From an uncultured Gemmatimonadales bacterium (GTDB lineage: Bacteria > Gemmatimonadota > Gemmatimonadetes > Longimicrobiales > Longimicrobiaceae), in NCBI GenBank assembly GCA_963716255.1, contig OY970303.1, forward strand, positions 7,296,001 through 7,360,000: a DNA stretch of 64,000 nucleotides. Reading direction: 5' to 3'. Made by a program: the position numbers and the translations under genes. Every line of letters begins with the position of its first letter. Position 1 is the stretch's first letter. The notes under the pieces are model-generated. The model was not told where the DNA came from. It was given only the letters and a program-made list of their open reading frames with translations, and did no database searches. Of the stretch, positions 54,801 through 62,684 are shown piece after piece.

Positions 54801-57609
54801 GATCCTGGAGGCCATGTTCGCCTCCAACGACACGGAGATGGACCGCCCCGGGGGCGTGTTCATCCGCCGGAGCGACCAGCTCGACGCCGACGCCCTGCTC
54901 ATGCTGCGGGCCACCGCGCGCCTCGTCCTGCGCTGCGACGGGCGCCCGCTCGACCACTTCCTGGAGGTGGGAGCCGCGCGCGGGGCGGCCGAGCCGGGCG
55001 ATCCCGGCCCCTCCGGGTCCCTGCCGCGGACGCTGGAGCAGCATTCGCCCGCGGCCTCGCTCGCCGGGCGGCGCGTGCGGACGCACCCGGCCGGCGAGGC
55101 CGCGCCCGTCCACGCCGCGGCTTCCCGCGCGGCGGCCCGGGTGCCCGCGCGGGACGGGGCGCCGCTCCCGGCGGAGTCCGCCGGGGCCCCGCTCCTCTTC
55201 GACAACGGCTTCGGCGGGCTGACCCCCTCCGGCGAATACCAGGTGCGCGTCCGCGGCGGCCGGGTCCCGCCTGCGCCGTGGGTGAACGTCGTCGCAAACC
55301 CGCACGGCGGCTTCGTGGTCAGCGAGCGCGGCGCCGGCTTCACCTGGGCCGGGAACAGCTACTTCTTCCGCCTCACCCCCTGGCACAACGACCCGGTGGG
55401 CGACCCCGCCACCGAAGCCCTCTACCTGCGCGACGAGGCGTCGGGCGAGCTGTGGAGCGCCACGCCGGCCCCGGTGCGCACCGACCTCGGCTACACGGTC
55501 CGCCACGGCGCGGGCTCCACCGTCTTCGAGTGCGAGCACGCCGGCATCGCCACCCGCCTCACCCTGGCGATGGCCGACGGCGAAGCGGTCAAGCTGTCCG
55601 TGCTGCGGGTCGAGAACCGCGGCGCGGACCCGCGCCGCATCGGGGTGACGGCGTACGTGGAGTGGACGCTGGGAGTCCTGCGCGAGCACACGCAGCACCA
55701 GGTGGTCACCCGCTTCCACGCGGAGGCGGGGGCCGTCCTGGCGCAGAACTCCTTCGATCCCCAGTTCGCCGGCCGGGTGGCGTTCTGCGCGCTGAGCGAG
55801 CCGGTCGCCGGCCACACGGCCGACCGGCGCGAGTTCATCGGCCGCAACGGCAGCCTGGAGGACCCGGACGCGCTGCGGGCGGGCCCCCTCGCCGGGACCA
55901 CGGGAGCGGGCCGGGACCCGTGCGCCGCGCTGCAGTGCGTGCTGGAGCTGGCGCCCGGGCAGAGCCGGGAGCTCGCCGTGCTCCTGGGCGCCGCCGAGGG
56001 GGAAGCGGAGGCGCTGCGCGCCGTCGCCCGGTACCGCGCCCCGGGCGCCGCCGCGGCCGCCGCGGCGCGCAGCGTGGACGCGTGGGCCCGGCGCCTCTCC
56101 GTCGTCACGGTGAAGACGCCGGAGCCGTCGTTCGACGCCATGCTCAACCGCTGGACGCTGTACCAGGCGCTCGCCTGCCGCATGTGGGCGCGCTCCGCGC
56201 TGTACCAGAGCAGCGGGGCGTACGGCTTCCGCGACCAGCTCCAGGACGTGCTCGCCTTCGTGTACGCCGAGCCCGCCCTGGCGCGCGAGCACGTGCTGCG
56301 CGCCGCGGCCCGGCAGTTCGTGGAGGGCGACGTGCAGCACTGGTGGCACCCGCAGAGCGGGCGGGGCGTGCGGACCCGCTTCTCCGACGACCTGGCCTGG
56401 CTCCCCTACGTCGTGGACCGGTACGTGGAGGTCACGGGCGACGCCGCCGTGCTGGACGAGCCGGTGCCCTTCCTGGAGATGCGCCCGCTGGAGCCGCACG
56501 AGCACGAGGTGTACGACCTCCCCCGCGTGGCCGACGAGCACGCGTCCGTGTACGAGCACTGCCTGCGCGCGCTGCGGAAGGCGTGCACCGCGGGCGCGCA
56601 CGGGCTCCCCCTCATCGGGACCGGCGACTGGAACGACGGGATGAGCCGCGTGGGGGTGGAGGGGCGCGGGGAAAGCGTGTGGCTCGCCTGGTTCCTGGTG
56701 GCCACGCTGCGCGCCTTCACCGTCCGCGCGGCGGAGCGCGGCGACGCCGGGGTGGCGGCGGACTTCCGGTCGCGCGCCGACGCGTACGCCGCGGCCGTGG
56801 AGGCGCACGGGTGGGACGGCGAGTGGTACCGCCGCGCCTTCTTCGACGACGGCACGCCGCTCGGCACCGCCGCGGGCGACGAGTGCCGCATCGACTCCAT
56901 CGCGCAGAGCTGGAGCGTCATCTCCGGCGCCGGCGACCCGGAGCGGCGGGAGCGGGCCATGCGCTCCTTCGAGGAGCACCTGGTGCGCCCCGGCGACCGC
57001 CTCCTGGTGCTGCTCACCCCGCCCTTCGACCGGACGCCGCACGACCCCGGCTACATCAAGGGATACCTGCCGGGGGTGCGGGAGAACGGGGCGCAGTACA
57101 CGCACGCGTCGCTCTGGGCGGTGCTCGCCACCGCCCTGCGCGGCGAGGGGGACCGCGCCTTCGAGCTGTACCAGATGCTCAACCCGCTCACCCACGCCGC
57201 CACGCCGGAAGGCGTGGAGCGCTACCGGGTGGAGCCGTACGTGGTGGCCGCGGACGTGTACACGGCCCCGGGGCAGGTGGGGCGCGGGGGGTGGACGTGG
57301 TACACGGGATCCGCGAGCTGGATGTACCGGGTGGGGCTGGAAGCCGTCCTGGGCTTCACCCGGCGCGGCGACACGCTCCGCATGCTTCCCTGCGTGCCGG
57401 CGGCGTGGGGGGAGTTCTCCATCGAGTACCGGTTCGGCGGGGCGGTCTACGCGATCACGGTGCTCGACCCGGGGGCGATCCGGGATGGGGCGGCGGAGGT
57501 GAGGCTGGACGGGCGGGTCCTGGAGGGGGCGGAGATCCCGCTCCTGGACGACGGGGCACGGCACGAGGTCGTGGTGAGGCCTGTTTTCTCAAAGCCAACA
57601 ACGGCTTGA
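48898..57609 (+). CDS. ndvB: Cyclic beta-1,2-glucan synthase (Cgs/NdvB/ChvB type) with C-terminal GH94 phosphorylase
   Basis: EWLLDNF, WMGWERKRGK, TLDADT, RKHRWIRGDWQ, RTSPTN, SWSGSMFEYLMP, WGVSESA, GFRDQLQD, GDWNDG, ENGAQYTH, GGWTWYTGSA; 2903 aa. Confidence 0.95.
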   Translation: MPDDGSTLAPLRFLSRLSARPGTGRDELLSGPIRGELLGADQLADRARAVAGRQRLATPGTGRGEAPLLARLSETRRILDATHDRLAAGADRDVDVGPAGEWLLDNFHVVREHIREVRETLPRGYYRELPELAGGHLAGYPRVYELAITLISHSEGRVDAENLDRFVEAFQGVAPLAIGELWALPAMLRLALIESVRRMALRTVQRMDEIERADAWAARIEDASGRGELALGGALDAFVDAPPPLTAVFVSRFLHQLRLSRGSYPPLAQIEQWIGDRAMGAEDATARSTQHLAHTQVMMAHSITSLRAIAHLDWQAFVERQSAMEAVLRGDPAGFYPRMTFATRDRYRHVVERIARRTGLAEEAVAAAAVERARAGGEDGDGSGPPLRSHVGWHLVDEGVAALEAATGYRSRPGEALHRLVLRHPNLVFAGGAAAGTLAALAAVLWLAGPQARAAWPLVLLLALVPAGDIAINVVNQLVTAFLPPRTLPKLDLRVKGGIPAEFRTAVVVPTLFGSEEAVHEALDHLEVQFLANRESHLHFAVLSDFTDAPAEALPGDAAILRAAVDGVRALNARYAEGAEDAFYLFHRARRWNPRQGVWMGWERKRGKLAEFNRFLRGGAGDAFAAVVGDVAPLRGVRYVITLDADTVLPPDAAPELVGALAHPLNRAVYDAERGHVVRGYGILQPRVGVSLPSAHGSRFAAIHSGHPGVDPYTTAVSDVYQDLYGEGSFTGKGIYDVDAFERATHGRFPENTLLSHDLIEGSYARAGLATEISVYDDYPARYLTHARRKHRWIRGDWQLLRWLTPRVPGPDGPERNRLPFLARWKILDNLRRSTVEIGQLAFLVAGWTVLPGSPLRWTALGLAAVAAPWIVSLLLAALRPPLDKSWRAFYAAVGRDAATSAQQVALAVTFLPHQAWVSADAVVRTLWRLFVTRRSLLEWQTASGAERSVTGSAAGAWRAMAPALAAVGGIALGVAAYAAWDGAAAPPWPLAAAAGPLLVLWLASPAIAHALSAPAVPGRRRLPAAQRDQAMRYALLHWRYFDRFVGEATHWLVPDNFQEDPAPVVAMRTSPTNVGMQLLAIGSAHDLGFVTAADMARRLELAFRSLEGMRRFRGHFFNWYDLHDLRVLEPAYVSTVDSGNLAGHLLAVRQACLAARGAPASDARVRAALRTALGVAGERLRGLAAAPPAEGPGAPAVEAAAEELRLARAALAGAPLAAVAARLRGALAALGHARLAADAAGPAEEWIAWGARRIEEHLAEAPADAAATAARLDALAARADRYVAEMDFGFLFDASRELFSIGWQHAAQSLDASYYDLLASESRLASFVAIAKKEVPVDHWFRLGRSLTHAAGATALVSWSGSMFEYLMPALVMRPLPFTVLDQTYRGAVRRQVAYGAERGVPWGVSESAYNLRDRHLTYQYRAFGVPDLALKRRLGSDLVIAPYASALAVMVDPQRALANLAALEKKGALGPYGFRDALDYTRPEPGARYAVVGNYMAHHVGMGLVALANALHENAWQERFHADPLVRSAELLLHERIPRRLVHQEAQATRADEALPDPETESPAVREFDRTDTPRPHVGLLGRAPYTVMVSHCGAGYSRYEELAVTRWRADGTTDSTGQFCYVKDVTRGRAWSAAHQPVCAPADWYRALLATDRVTFHRSDGGIETRTEIAVVPEDAAEVRCVTLTNRGDEPREVELTSYGEIVLGPPDADRAHPAFANLFVQTEWHEWCTAITATRRPRSAAEPSLWCVHVVDAGADRVGTVSCETDRARFLGRGGSTRDPVSLAQDGPLSGTTGAVLDPVFALRARVRLAPGQSATVAFTTLVAATRERAFELASRYHDPHAAQRALDLAWTSQQVELRELGLTPADAAVFQELAAYLLYPHPELRAPQEELRANRGSQPLLWAHGVSGDWPIIVAAIDSAEGLPTLRQLFAAHHYWRRRGVTADLVILNAQPSSSYLQELHERILEAMFASNDTEMDRPGGVFIRRSDQLDADALLMLRATARLVLRCDGRPLDHFLEVGAARGAAEPGDPGPSGSLPRTLEQHSPAASLAGRRVRTHPAGEAAPVHAAASRAAARVPARDGAPLPAESAGAPLLFDNGFGGLTPSGEYQVRVRGGRVPPAPWVNVVANPHGGFVVSERGAGFTWAGNSYFFRLTPWHNDPVGDPATEALYLRDEASGELWSATPAPVRTDLGYTVRHGAGSTVFECEHAGIATRLTLAMADGEAVKLSVLRVENRGADPRRIGVTAYVEWTLGVLREHTQHQVVTRFHAEAGAVLAQNSFDPQFAGRVAFCALSEPVAGHTADRREFIGRNGSLEDPDALRAGPLAGTTGAGRDPCAALQCVLELAPGQSRELAVLLGAAEGEAEALRAVARYRAPGAAAAAAARSVDAWARRLSVVTVKTPEPSFDAMLNRWTLYQALACRMWARSALYQSSGAYGFRDQLQDVLAFVYAEPALAREHVLRAAARQFVEGDVQHWWHPQSGRGVRTRFSDDLAWLPYVVDRYVEVTGDAAVLDEPVPFLEMRPLEPHEHEVYDLPRVADEHASVYEHCLRALRKACTAGAHGLPLIGTGDWNDGMSRVGVEGRGESVWLAWFLVATLRAFTVRAAERGDAGVAADFRSRADAYAAAVEAHGWDGEWYRRAFFDDGTPLGTAAGDECRIDSIAQSWSVISGAGDPERRERAMRSFEEHLVRPGDRLLVLLTPPFDRTPHDPGYIKGYLPGVRENGAQYTHASLWAVLATALRGEGDRAFELYQMLNPLTHAATPEGVERYRVEPYVVAADVYTAPGQVGRGGWTWYTGSASWMYRVGLEAVLGFTRRGDTLRMLPCVPAAWGEFSIEYRFGGAVYAITVLDPGAIRDGAAEVRLDGRVLEGAEIPLLDDGARHEVVVRPVFSKPTTA

Positions 57610-57621
57610 ACTGCCGGTTTT

Positions 57622-57980
57622 GGGCGTGCCCCCGGCTGGCGCCGGGGTCGGGCTTCGGCTCCGTAGGGCTGCAAACGACGCAGCCCAACGGAGTCGAGAC
57701 CCGGCGGAAACAGCCCCGCCGGGTCTCGCCCCTTCGGGCCGAAATCCCTCACGCGGGGCTGGCGCTGGCGTCCGCAGGTTCGGGCCCCCTCACCCCCCGG
57801 CCCCCTCTCCCCCGCAAGCGGGGGAAAGGGGGAGCATCGCAGCGACACACCGGAAGGCGAGGGTCAGGAAGCCCTCCCCCAGAATTGGGGGAGGGTGGCG
57901 AGCCTCAAGCGAGCCGGGTGGGGGCCGTTTGTCGTGCTCCCCCTCTCCCAGCATTGGGAGAGGGGGCCGGGGGGTGAGGG
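57622..57980. repeat. Composite intergenic repeat, copy 3: structured unit (+) 57622-57754 plus REP-like hairpins
   Basis: Homologous to copies 1 and 2. CCCTCACCCCCCGGCCCCCTCTCCC occurs in both orientations. Confidence 0.9.
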
Positions 57981-57995
57981 CCGCCGTGCACTCTC

Positions 57996-58304
57996 TCAGG
58001 GCGGCGCCGGCAGGACGCCCTCTCCGGTGTGGGCCGCGGCCGCGGCGAGCTGGGCGACCGCCTGGTCCACCGCCGCCCCGCGCTCCCCGTCCGGCAGGAC
58101 GTGCGACGCGGCCAGCTCGCGGAGCGCCGCCGTGAAGCAGTCCGCGATCTCCAGGTTCCGGACGTAGCCGAAGCCGTGCAGCCGCCGGCCCAGGCCGTCG
58201 ATGCGGGCTTCCGCGCGGTTGAGCAGCGTGTGCGACGGGGCGTTCTCACGCAGCCCGGCCGCGACGTCGCGGATCGCTTCTCCAAAGGCCGGCGGTCCGT
58301 CCAT
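57996..58304 (-). CDS. Hypothetical protein
   Basis: AGGAG RBS and plausible helical composition. No family recognised. Confidence 0.55.
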   Translation of the reverse strand: MDGPPAFGEAIRDVAAGLRENAPSHTLLNRAEARIDGLGRRLHGFGYVRNLEIADCFTAALRELAASHVLPDGERGAAVDQAVAQLAAAAAHTGEGVLPAPP

Positions 58305-58443
58305 GCGCTCGCTCCTGCGGTGGGGGATGGCGCGGAGGCCGGCCGGAGCCGCCGCCGGCGGGTGTCGCTACCCGGGGTCGTTGCCGTTAGCTTCCGCGTG
58401 TGCCCCTGTCGGGGCCACTGCCGGTCCTCCGTCGGAGACAGTC

Positions 58444-58683
58444 ATGGCAAGCTCCTTCTCGATCACCAGCTCCCACGTCACCTCCACCTCCGAGCCGGCG
58501 CTGCTGGAGGAGATCCGCGCGCACACCGGGTGCGAGGAGCAGGCCTCCAGCATCCTGCGGGGGATCGAGCGCCTCAGCGGCGATGCCTCCATCCGCCAGT
58601 TCGACATGACGCCGACCACCAACCGCCGCGCCTACCGCGGCGCCCCGCCGGTGTCCTGGAGCGTGCGCGCCATCCGCGCGTAG
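58444..58683 (+). CDS. Small hypothetical protein
   Basis: GGAG RBS and GC3-rich codons. No family recognised. Confidence 0.55.
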   Translation: MASSFSITSSHVTSTSEPALLEEIRAHTGCEEQASSILRGIERLSGDASIRQFDMTPTTNRRAYRGAPPVSWSVRAIRA

Positions 58684-58710
58684 CCGCCGGCCCTTCGCCC
58701 CGGCCCGCGC

Positions 58711-60246
58711 TCACGCCGGGAGGGGCGGGATCTCCGCGGCGTGCGGCGTGTCCGGCGCGGCCTTGCGGCGGGGCTCCCCCCTGCGCCCCCGCACCCGCTT
58801 CTCGCGCCTGGAAAGCTGCGCCGTTTCCCCGGCGTCCGGGGCCGCCGGCTCCGTGGGGAGGCACGGGAGCCGCACCGTGAAGGTGCTCCCGCCTTCCGGG
58901 CCGCTCGCCAGCGCCACCTCGCCCCCCAGCCGGTCTGCGAGCTGGCGCGTGACCGCCAGCCCCAGCCCGGTTCCCCCCTGGCGGCTGGACGACTGGTCCA
59001 CCTGCCAGAACGCGTCGAACACGTGCTCGGCGTGCTCCGGGGCGATCCCCATCCCCGTGTCGCCCACCCGCAGCGACACGCACCCCGCCGCGGCCTCCAG
59101 CTCGATCCGGACCTCGCCCTCGTCGGTGAACTTCACCGCGTTCGCCGCCAGGTTGAGCACCACCTGCCGGAACTTCCCCGGGTCCGTCCGGAAGGCGACC
59201 GGCTCCGCGGGAACGTCCACGACGAGCCTCAGCCCCTTGGCGTCCGCGAGCGGCTGCACCAGCGCCGCGGCGTCCCGCACCACCCGGGCGAGGTCCACGT
59301 CGCGCAGGCGGAGCTCGGAGCGGCCGGCCTGCTGCTGCGCGAAGCCCAGGATCTCCTCGATCAGCCCCAGCAGGTGGTCGCTGGCGGCGCGGATCCGCTC
59401 CACCTGGTGCTTCTGCGCCTCGTTCAGCGGCCCCCCCACCTCCTCCGTCAGCAGGTCGGTGAACCCCTGCACCGCCGTGAGCGGCGTGCGGAACTCGTGC
59501 GAGATGGTGCCCAGGAAGGTGCTCTTCGCCCGGTCCGCCTCCTCCGCCTCGTACCGGGCCACGTTGGCCTCCTCCAGCAGCTCCTCCGCGTGCCGGGCCG
59601 TGAGCGTGGCCGCCCCGCGCGCCTCCTCGGCCACCCGGGCCGCCTCCAGCGACGCGGCGTAGAGCCGCGCGTTGTCCAGCGCCATCCCGCAGCGGCGCCC
59701 CAGGTCCTCCGCCAGCAGCAGGTCCGCGGCGTCGTAGCGGCGGCGGTCGTCGGAAACGAAGGTGATCGCGCCCAGCGTCCGCCCCCGCGCCGCCATGGGA
59801 ACCGTGAGGAACGAGCGCGCGCCCAGCTCCTGGAGAAGCAGGCGGTGCTCCTCCTCCGCGATCCCCTCCAGCACGTCGTCGTAGGCGAGCACGAACTCCG
59901 ACTCGCGCGTCCGGATCACCCGCGGCGCGCCCAGCGGGTCGTCGCGGCCCGGGGGGTGGGCGGCGTAGAAGTCGCGGGCCAGGCGCTGCTTCCCGGCGTC
60001 GGGGTGGATGACGGCGACGCGGCGGATGGCGTCGTCCGGCTCCACGACGTCCACCATGCACCAGGTGCCGAAGTGCGGGAGGGCGAGCCCCGCCCCCGTC
60101 GCGAGCGTGGTCTCGAAGTCGAGCGAGTCCGCCAGGCAGCGGCTGGTCTCCGCCAGGAAGGCGAAGCGGCCGCGGACGTCCGGGGAAGGATCGGCCTGCG
60201 GGGGATGCGCGGCGGTCTGCGCGGCGTCCGGGCTGGGCTGGCTCAT
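58711..60246 (-). CDS. GAF domain sensor histidine kinase
   Basis: FLAETS..LADSLD...TWCMVD...VPM...[31 protein letters not shown]. Confidence 0.93.
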   Translation of the reverse strand: MSQPSPDAAQTAAHPPQADPSPDVRGRFAFLAETSRCLADSLDFETTLATGAGLALPHFGTWCMVDVVEPDDAIRRVAVIHPDAGKQRLARDFYAAHPPGRDDPLGAPRVIRTRESEFVLAYDDVLEGIAEEEHRLLLQELGARSFLTVPMAARGRTLGAITFVSDDRRRYDAADLLLAEDLGRRCGMALDNARLYAASLEAARVAEEARGAATLTARHAEELLEEANVARYEAEEADRAKSTFLGTISHEFRTPLTAVQGFTDLLTEEVGGPLNEAQKHQVERIRAASDHLLGLIEEILGFAQQQAGRSELRLRDVDLARVVRDAAALVQPLADAKGLRLVVDVPAEPVAFRTDPGKFRQVVLNLAANAVKFTDEGEVRIELEAAAGCVSLRVGDTGMGIAPEHAEHVFDAFWQVDQSSSRQGGTGLGLAVTRQLADRLGGEVALASGPEGGSTFTVRLPCLPTEPAAPDAGETAQLSRREKRVRGRRGEPRRKAAPDTPHAAEIPPLPA

Positions 60247-60388
60247 CGGGGTCCTTCGCGCGGGGGAACTCGGCCGTGGCTCGCCCGCGGAGGAGTACGT
60301 GCAATCTAACCTGTTGGGGGAGAATAAACTACGAAAATCACATGACGGGACGCCCGGACGTGCTCCTCGGCGGGGCGCTCGGACAGTG

Positions 60389-60439
60389 CGGGTCCACCGC
60401 GGGCCCGAGGCGCGGGAGGTTCGAATCCTGCTGGACCCG
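60389..60439 (+). ncRNA. tRNA-like structured element (acceptor stem + T-arm, no anticodon arm)
   Basis: GGGTCCA(60390-96) pairs with TGGACCC(60432-38), immediately preceded by GGAGG-TTCGAAT-CCTGC. Confidence 0.4.
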
Positions 60440-60506
60440 GCGCGTCGTGAACCCTGCCGCCGCCGCGAGAGCCGCGCGGCGCGGCTCCACCCGGGGGAGC
60501 GGGACG

Positions 60507-61637
60507 ATGAGCGAGCGAGCCGTGTCGCCGGACGGCGGGAGCGAGCCGGTGCGCGTGGGGCTGATCGGCTACGGGCTGGCGGGGGCGGTGTTCCACGCGC
60601 CGCTGGTCGCCGCGAACGCCGGGATGCGACTTGCCGCCATCGTCACGGCGGACCCGGAGCGCTCCGCCGCGGCGCGCCGGGACCACCCGGGCGCGGCCGT
60701 GCTCCCCTCCGCCGGCGGCCTGTGGGAGCGCGCCGCCGGGCTGGACCTGGTGGTGGTCGCGTCGCCCAACCGCACGCACGTGCCGCTGGCGCTGGCCGCG
60801 CTGGAGGCGGGGCTCGCCGTGGTCGTGGACAAGCCGATGGCCCCCACCGCGGCCGAGGGGATGCGCCTGGTGGACGCGGCGCGGGAGCGCGGCCTGCTCC
60901 TGAGCGTGTTCCACAACCGCCGCTGGGACGGCGACTTCCTCACCCTCCGCGCGCTCGTGGACGGGGGGCGGCTGGGACCGCCGGCGCGCTTCGAGTCGCG
61001 CTTCGAGCGCTGGCGCCCGGTTCCCAGACCCGGGTGGCGCGAGAGCGGCGCGCCGGGGGAGGCGGGCGGCACCCTGTACGACCTGGGGAGCCACCTGGTG
61101 GACCAGGCGCTCGTCCTGTTCGGCCCGGTCGCGCGGGTGTACGCGGAGCTGGACCGCCGGCGCCCCGGCGTGGAGGTGGACGACGACGCGTTCCTCGCGC
61201 TCGCGCACCGCTCCGGCGCGCGCTCGCACCTGTGGATGAGCGCGTCCGCGGCGGCGGCGGGACCCCGCTTCCGCCTCCTGGGCGGCGCGGCGGGCTACGT
61301 CAAGCACGGGCTGGACGTGCAGGAGGAGCGGCTGCGCAGTGGTGCGTCGCCGCGGGACCCGGGGTGGGGCGCGGAGCCGCGGGAGCGCTGGGGGACGCTG
61401 GGGGCGGGGGACGAGGTGGAGGCGGTGCCGACGCTGCCGGGCGCCTACCCGGAGTTCTACGACGGGGTGCGCCGCGCGCTGCGGGAGGGCGGACCCCCGC
61501 CGGTGGACCCGCTGGACGCGGTGGCCGGGCTGCGTATCCTGGAGGCCGCGCGCGAATCGGCGGAGCAGGGCAGGGTGGTGGAGCTGGACGGGGAGCGCCA
61601 CCCGGGAGACGGAAGCGGCATGGAAGCGCCTCCCTGA
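60507..61637 (+). CDS. Gfo/Idh/MocA family oxidoreductase (YdgJ-like)
   Basis: VGLIGYGLAG, VVDKP, FHNRRWDGDF, LYDLGSHLVDQA. Confidence 0.95.
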   Translation: MSERAVSPDGGSEPVRVGLIGYGLAGAVFHAPLVAANAGMRLAAIVTADPERSAAARRDHPGAAVLPSAGGLWERAAGLDLVVVASPNRTHVPLALAALEAGLAVVVDKPMAPTAAEGMRLVDAARERGLLLSVFHNRRWDGDFLTLRALVDGGRLGPPARFESRFERWRPVPRPGWRESGAPGEAGGTLYDLGSHLVDQALVLFGPVARVYAELDRRRPGVEVDDDAFLALAHRSGARSHLWMSASAAAAGPRFRLLGGAAGYVKHGLDVQEERLRSGASPRDPGWGAEPRERWGTLGAGDEVEAVPTLPGAYPEFYDGVRRALREGGPPPVDPLDAVAGLRILEAARESAEQGRVVELDGERHPGDGSGMEAPP

Positions 61638-61829
61638 CGGATCCGGCCGCGGGACGGTTCCGGGAGTCCGCCGGGAAGGGGAGGAACCGCGTCCACCAAT
61701 CCTCTTGCGCAATAATCTGAGGACATGCACCTTGCAAAGGCGGGCCGCCGGCGCCGTTCGGCACGGCGGCTCGTCCCTTCAGGGCAGTTCCCGAGCGCCC
61801 CCGTTGCACTCATTCCCGGGAGGATTGCC

Positions 61830-62684
61830 ATGGCTACCTCGTACGGCACCGCAGGAGCGAGCTCGGGGGAGCGCGGAGACGCCGGCGTAGCGCTGTCGGT
61901 TCGGCGGTACTCTTCCCGGTCCGCGCGCCCGCTCGCCCCACAGGGTTCCATCGTCGTGTACCTCGCCGCGGCAGGCTCCCGGCAGCTCGCCGAGCTGCAG
62001 GAAAGCACCGGGGCGGGGAGCCGGTCCGGGCTGCTCCCTGCCCTCGCGTCCGTGATCCGCGGGATCCTCCAGCTTTTCGGCATCGGGGAGGGAAAGCACG
62101 TCGACCTGGAGGCGATGGACCGGGCCGGGGGCCCGGATCCCGTCGCTGTGTCGCTGCACTACGCGGGGTCCCTGCTCGCGGGCGACGTGCCCGTTCCCCG
62201 TGACGGCCGCGTCGTTCGGCTGATCCTGCCGTACACCGGCGGCGAGCTGGTGGAGGGCGGCCTCGTGCTGCGCGGCGAGAACGCGTCGAGTGCGGTCTCC
62301 TCCCTGGTGCTGCGCCACGACCCCCCGCTCACGCGCGTGGAGCGCGCGGCGCTGGAACTGGTGCCCGAAGCGATGCTGGGGTTGCACGTCGGGGCGGCCC
62401 TCCCGGGGAACCTGCTGGGAAAGAACGACGAGGAGCGCCGCCGCCAGCAGGAAGAGCGCCGGCGCCAGGACGACGCGGCCCGGGAAGCGCGGAACGAGCA
62501 GGCGGTCGCACGCGCCGAGGCGCAGGCCGAAATGGCGGCCGAGCGCGCGGAAAGGCGCGCCGAGAAGGGACGCGACTTCGAGCCTCACCTGAGCGAAGCG
62601 ATCGTCCGGGAGCTCCCTCCGTTCGCCACCGCGGCCGCGCTGCTGCAGATGCGCCGCGACACTCTCGCGGTGCCGGGAATGTGA
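61830..62684 (+). CDS. Hypothetical protein, candidate precursor/substrate of the downstream SdpA/SdpB-like pair
   Basis: GGAGG RBS and GTGA overlap with the next gene. Highly charged E/R/A helix near the C-terminus. Role is inference. Confidence 0.65.
   Translation: MATSYGTAGASSGERGDAGVALSVRRYSSRSARPLAPQGSIVVYLAAAGSRQLAELQESTGAGSRSGLLPALASVIRGILQLFGIGEGKHVDLEAMDRAGGPDPVAVSLHYAGSLLAGDVPVPRDGRVVRLILPYTGGELVEGGLVLRGENASSAVSSLVLRHDPPLTRVERAALELVPEAMLGLHVGAALPGNLLGKNDEERRRQQEERRRQDDAAREARNEQAVARAEAQAEMAAERAERRAEKGRDFEPHLSEAIVRELPPFATAAALLQMRRDTLAVPGM

Noticed and set aside
48919..57564. 2881-aa antisense ORF opposite cgs (similar ones at 39772-42957, 42531-45461, 26792-29215)
   Set aside because: Same antisense shadow effect, with no recognisable protein features.
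60389..60439. Canonical tRNA gene
   Set aside because: No room for D and anticodon arms. Kept only as a tRNA-like element.
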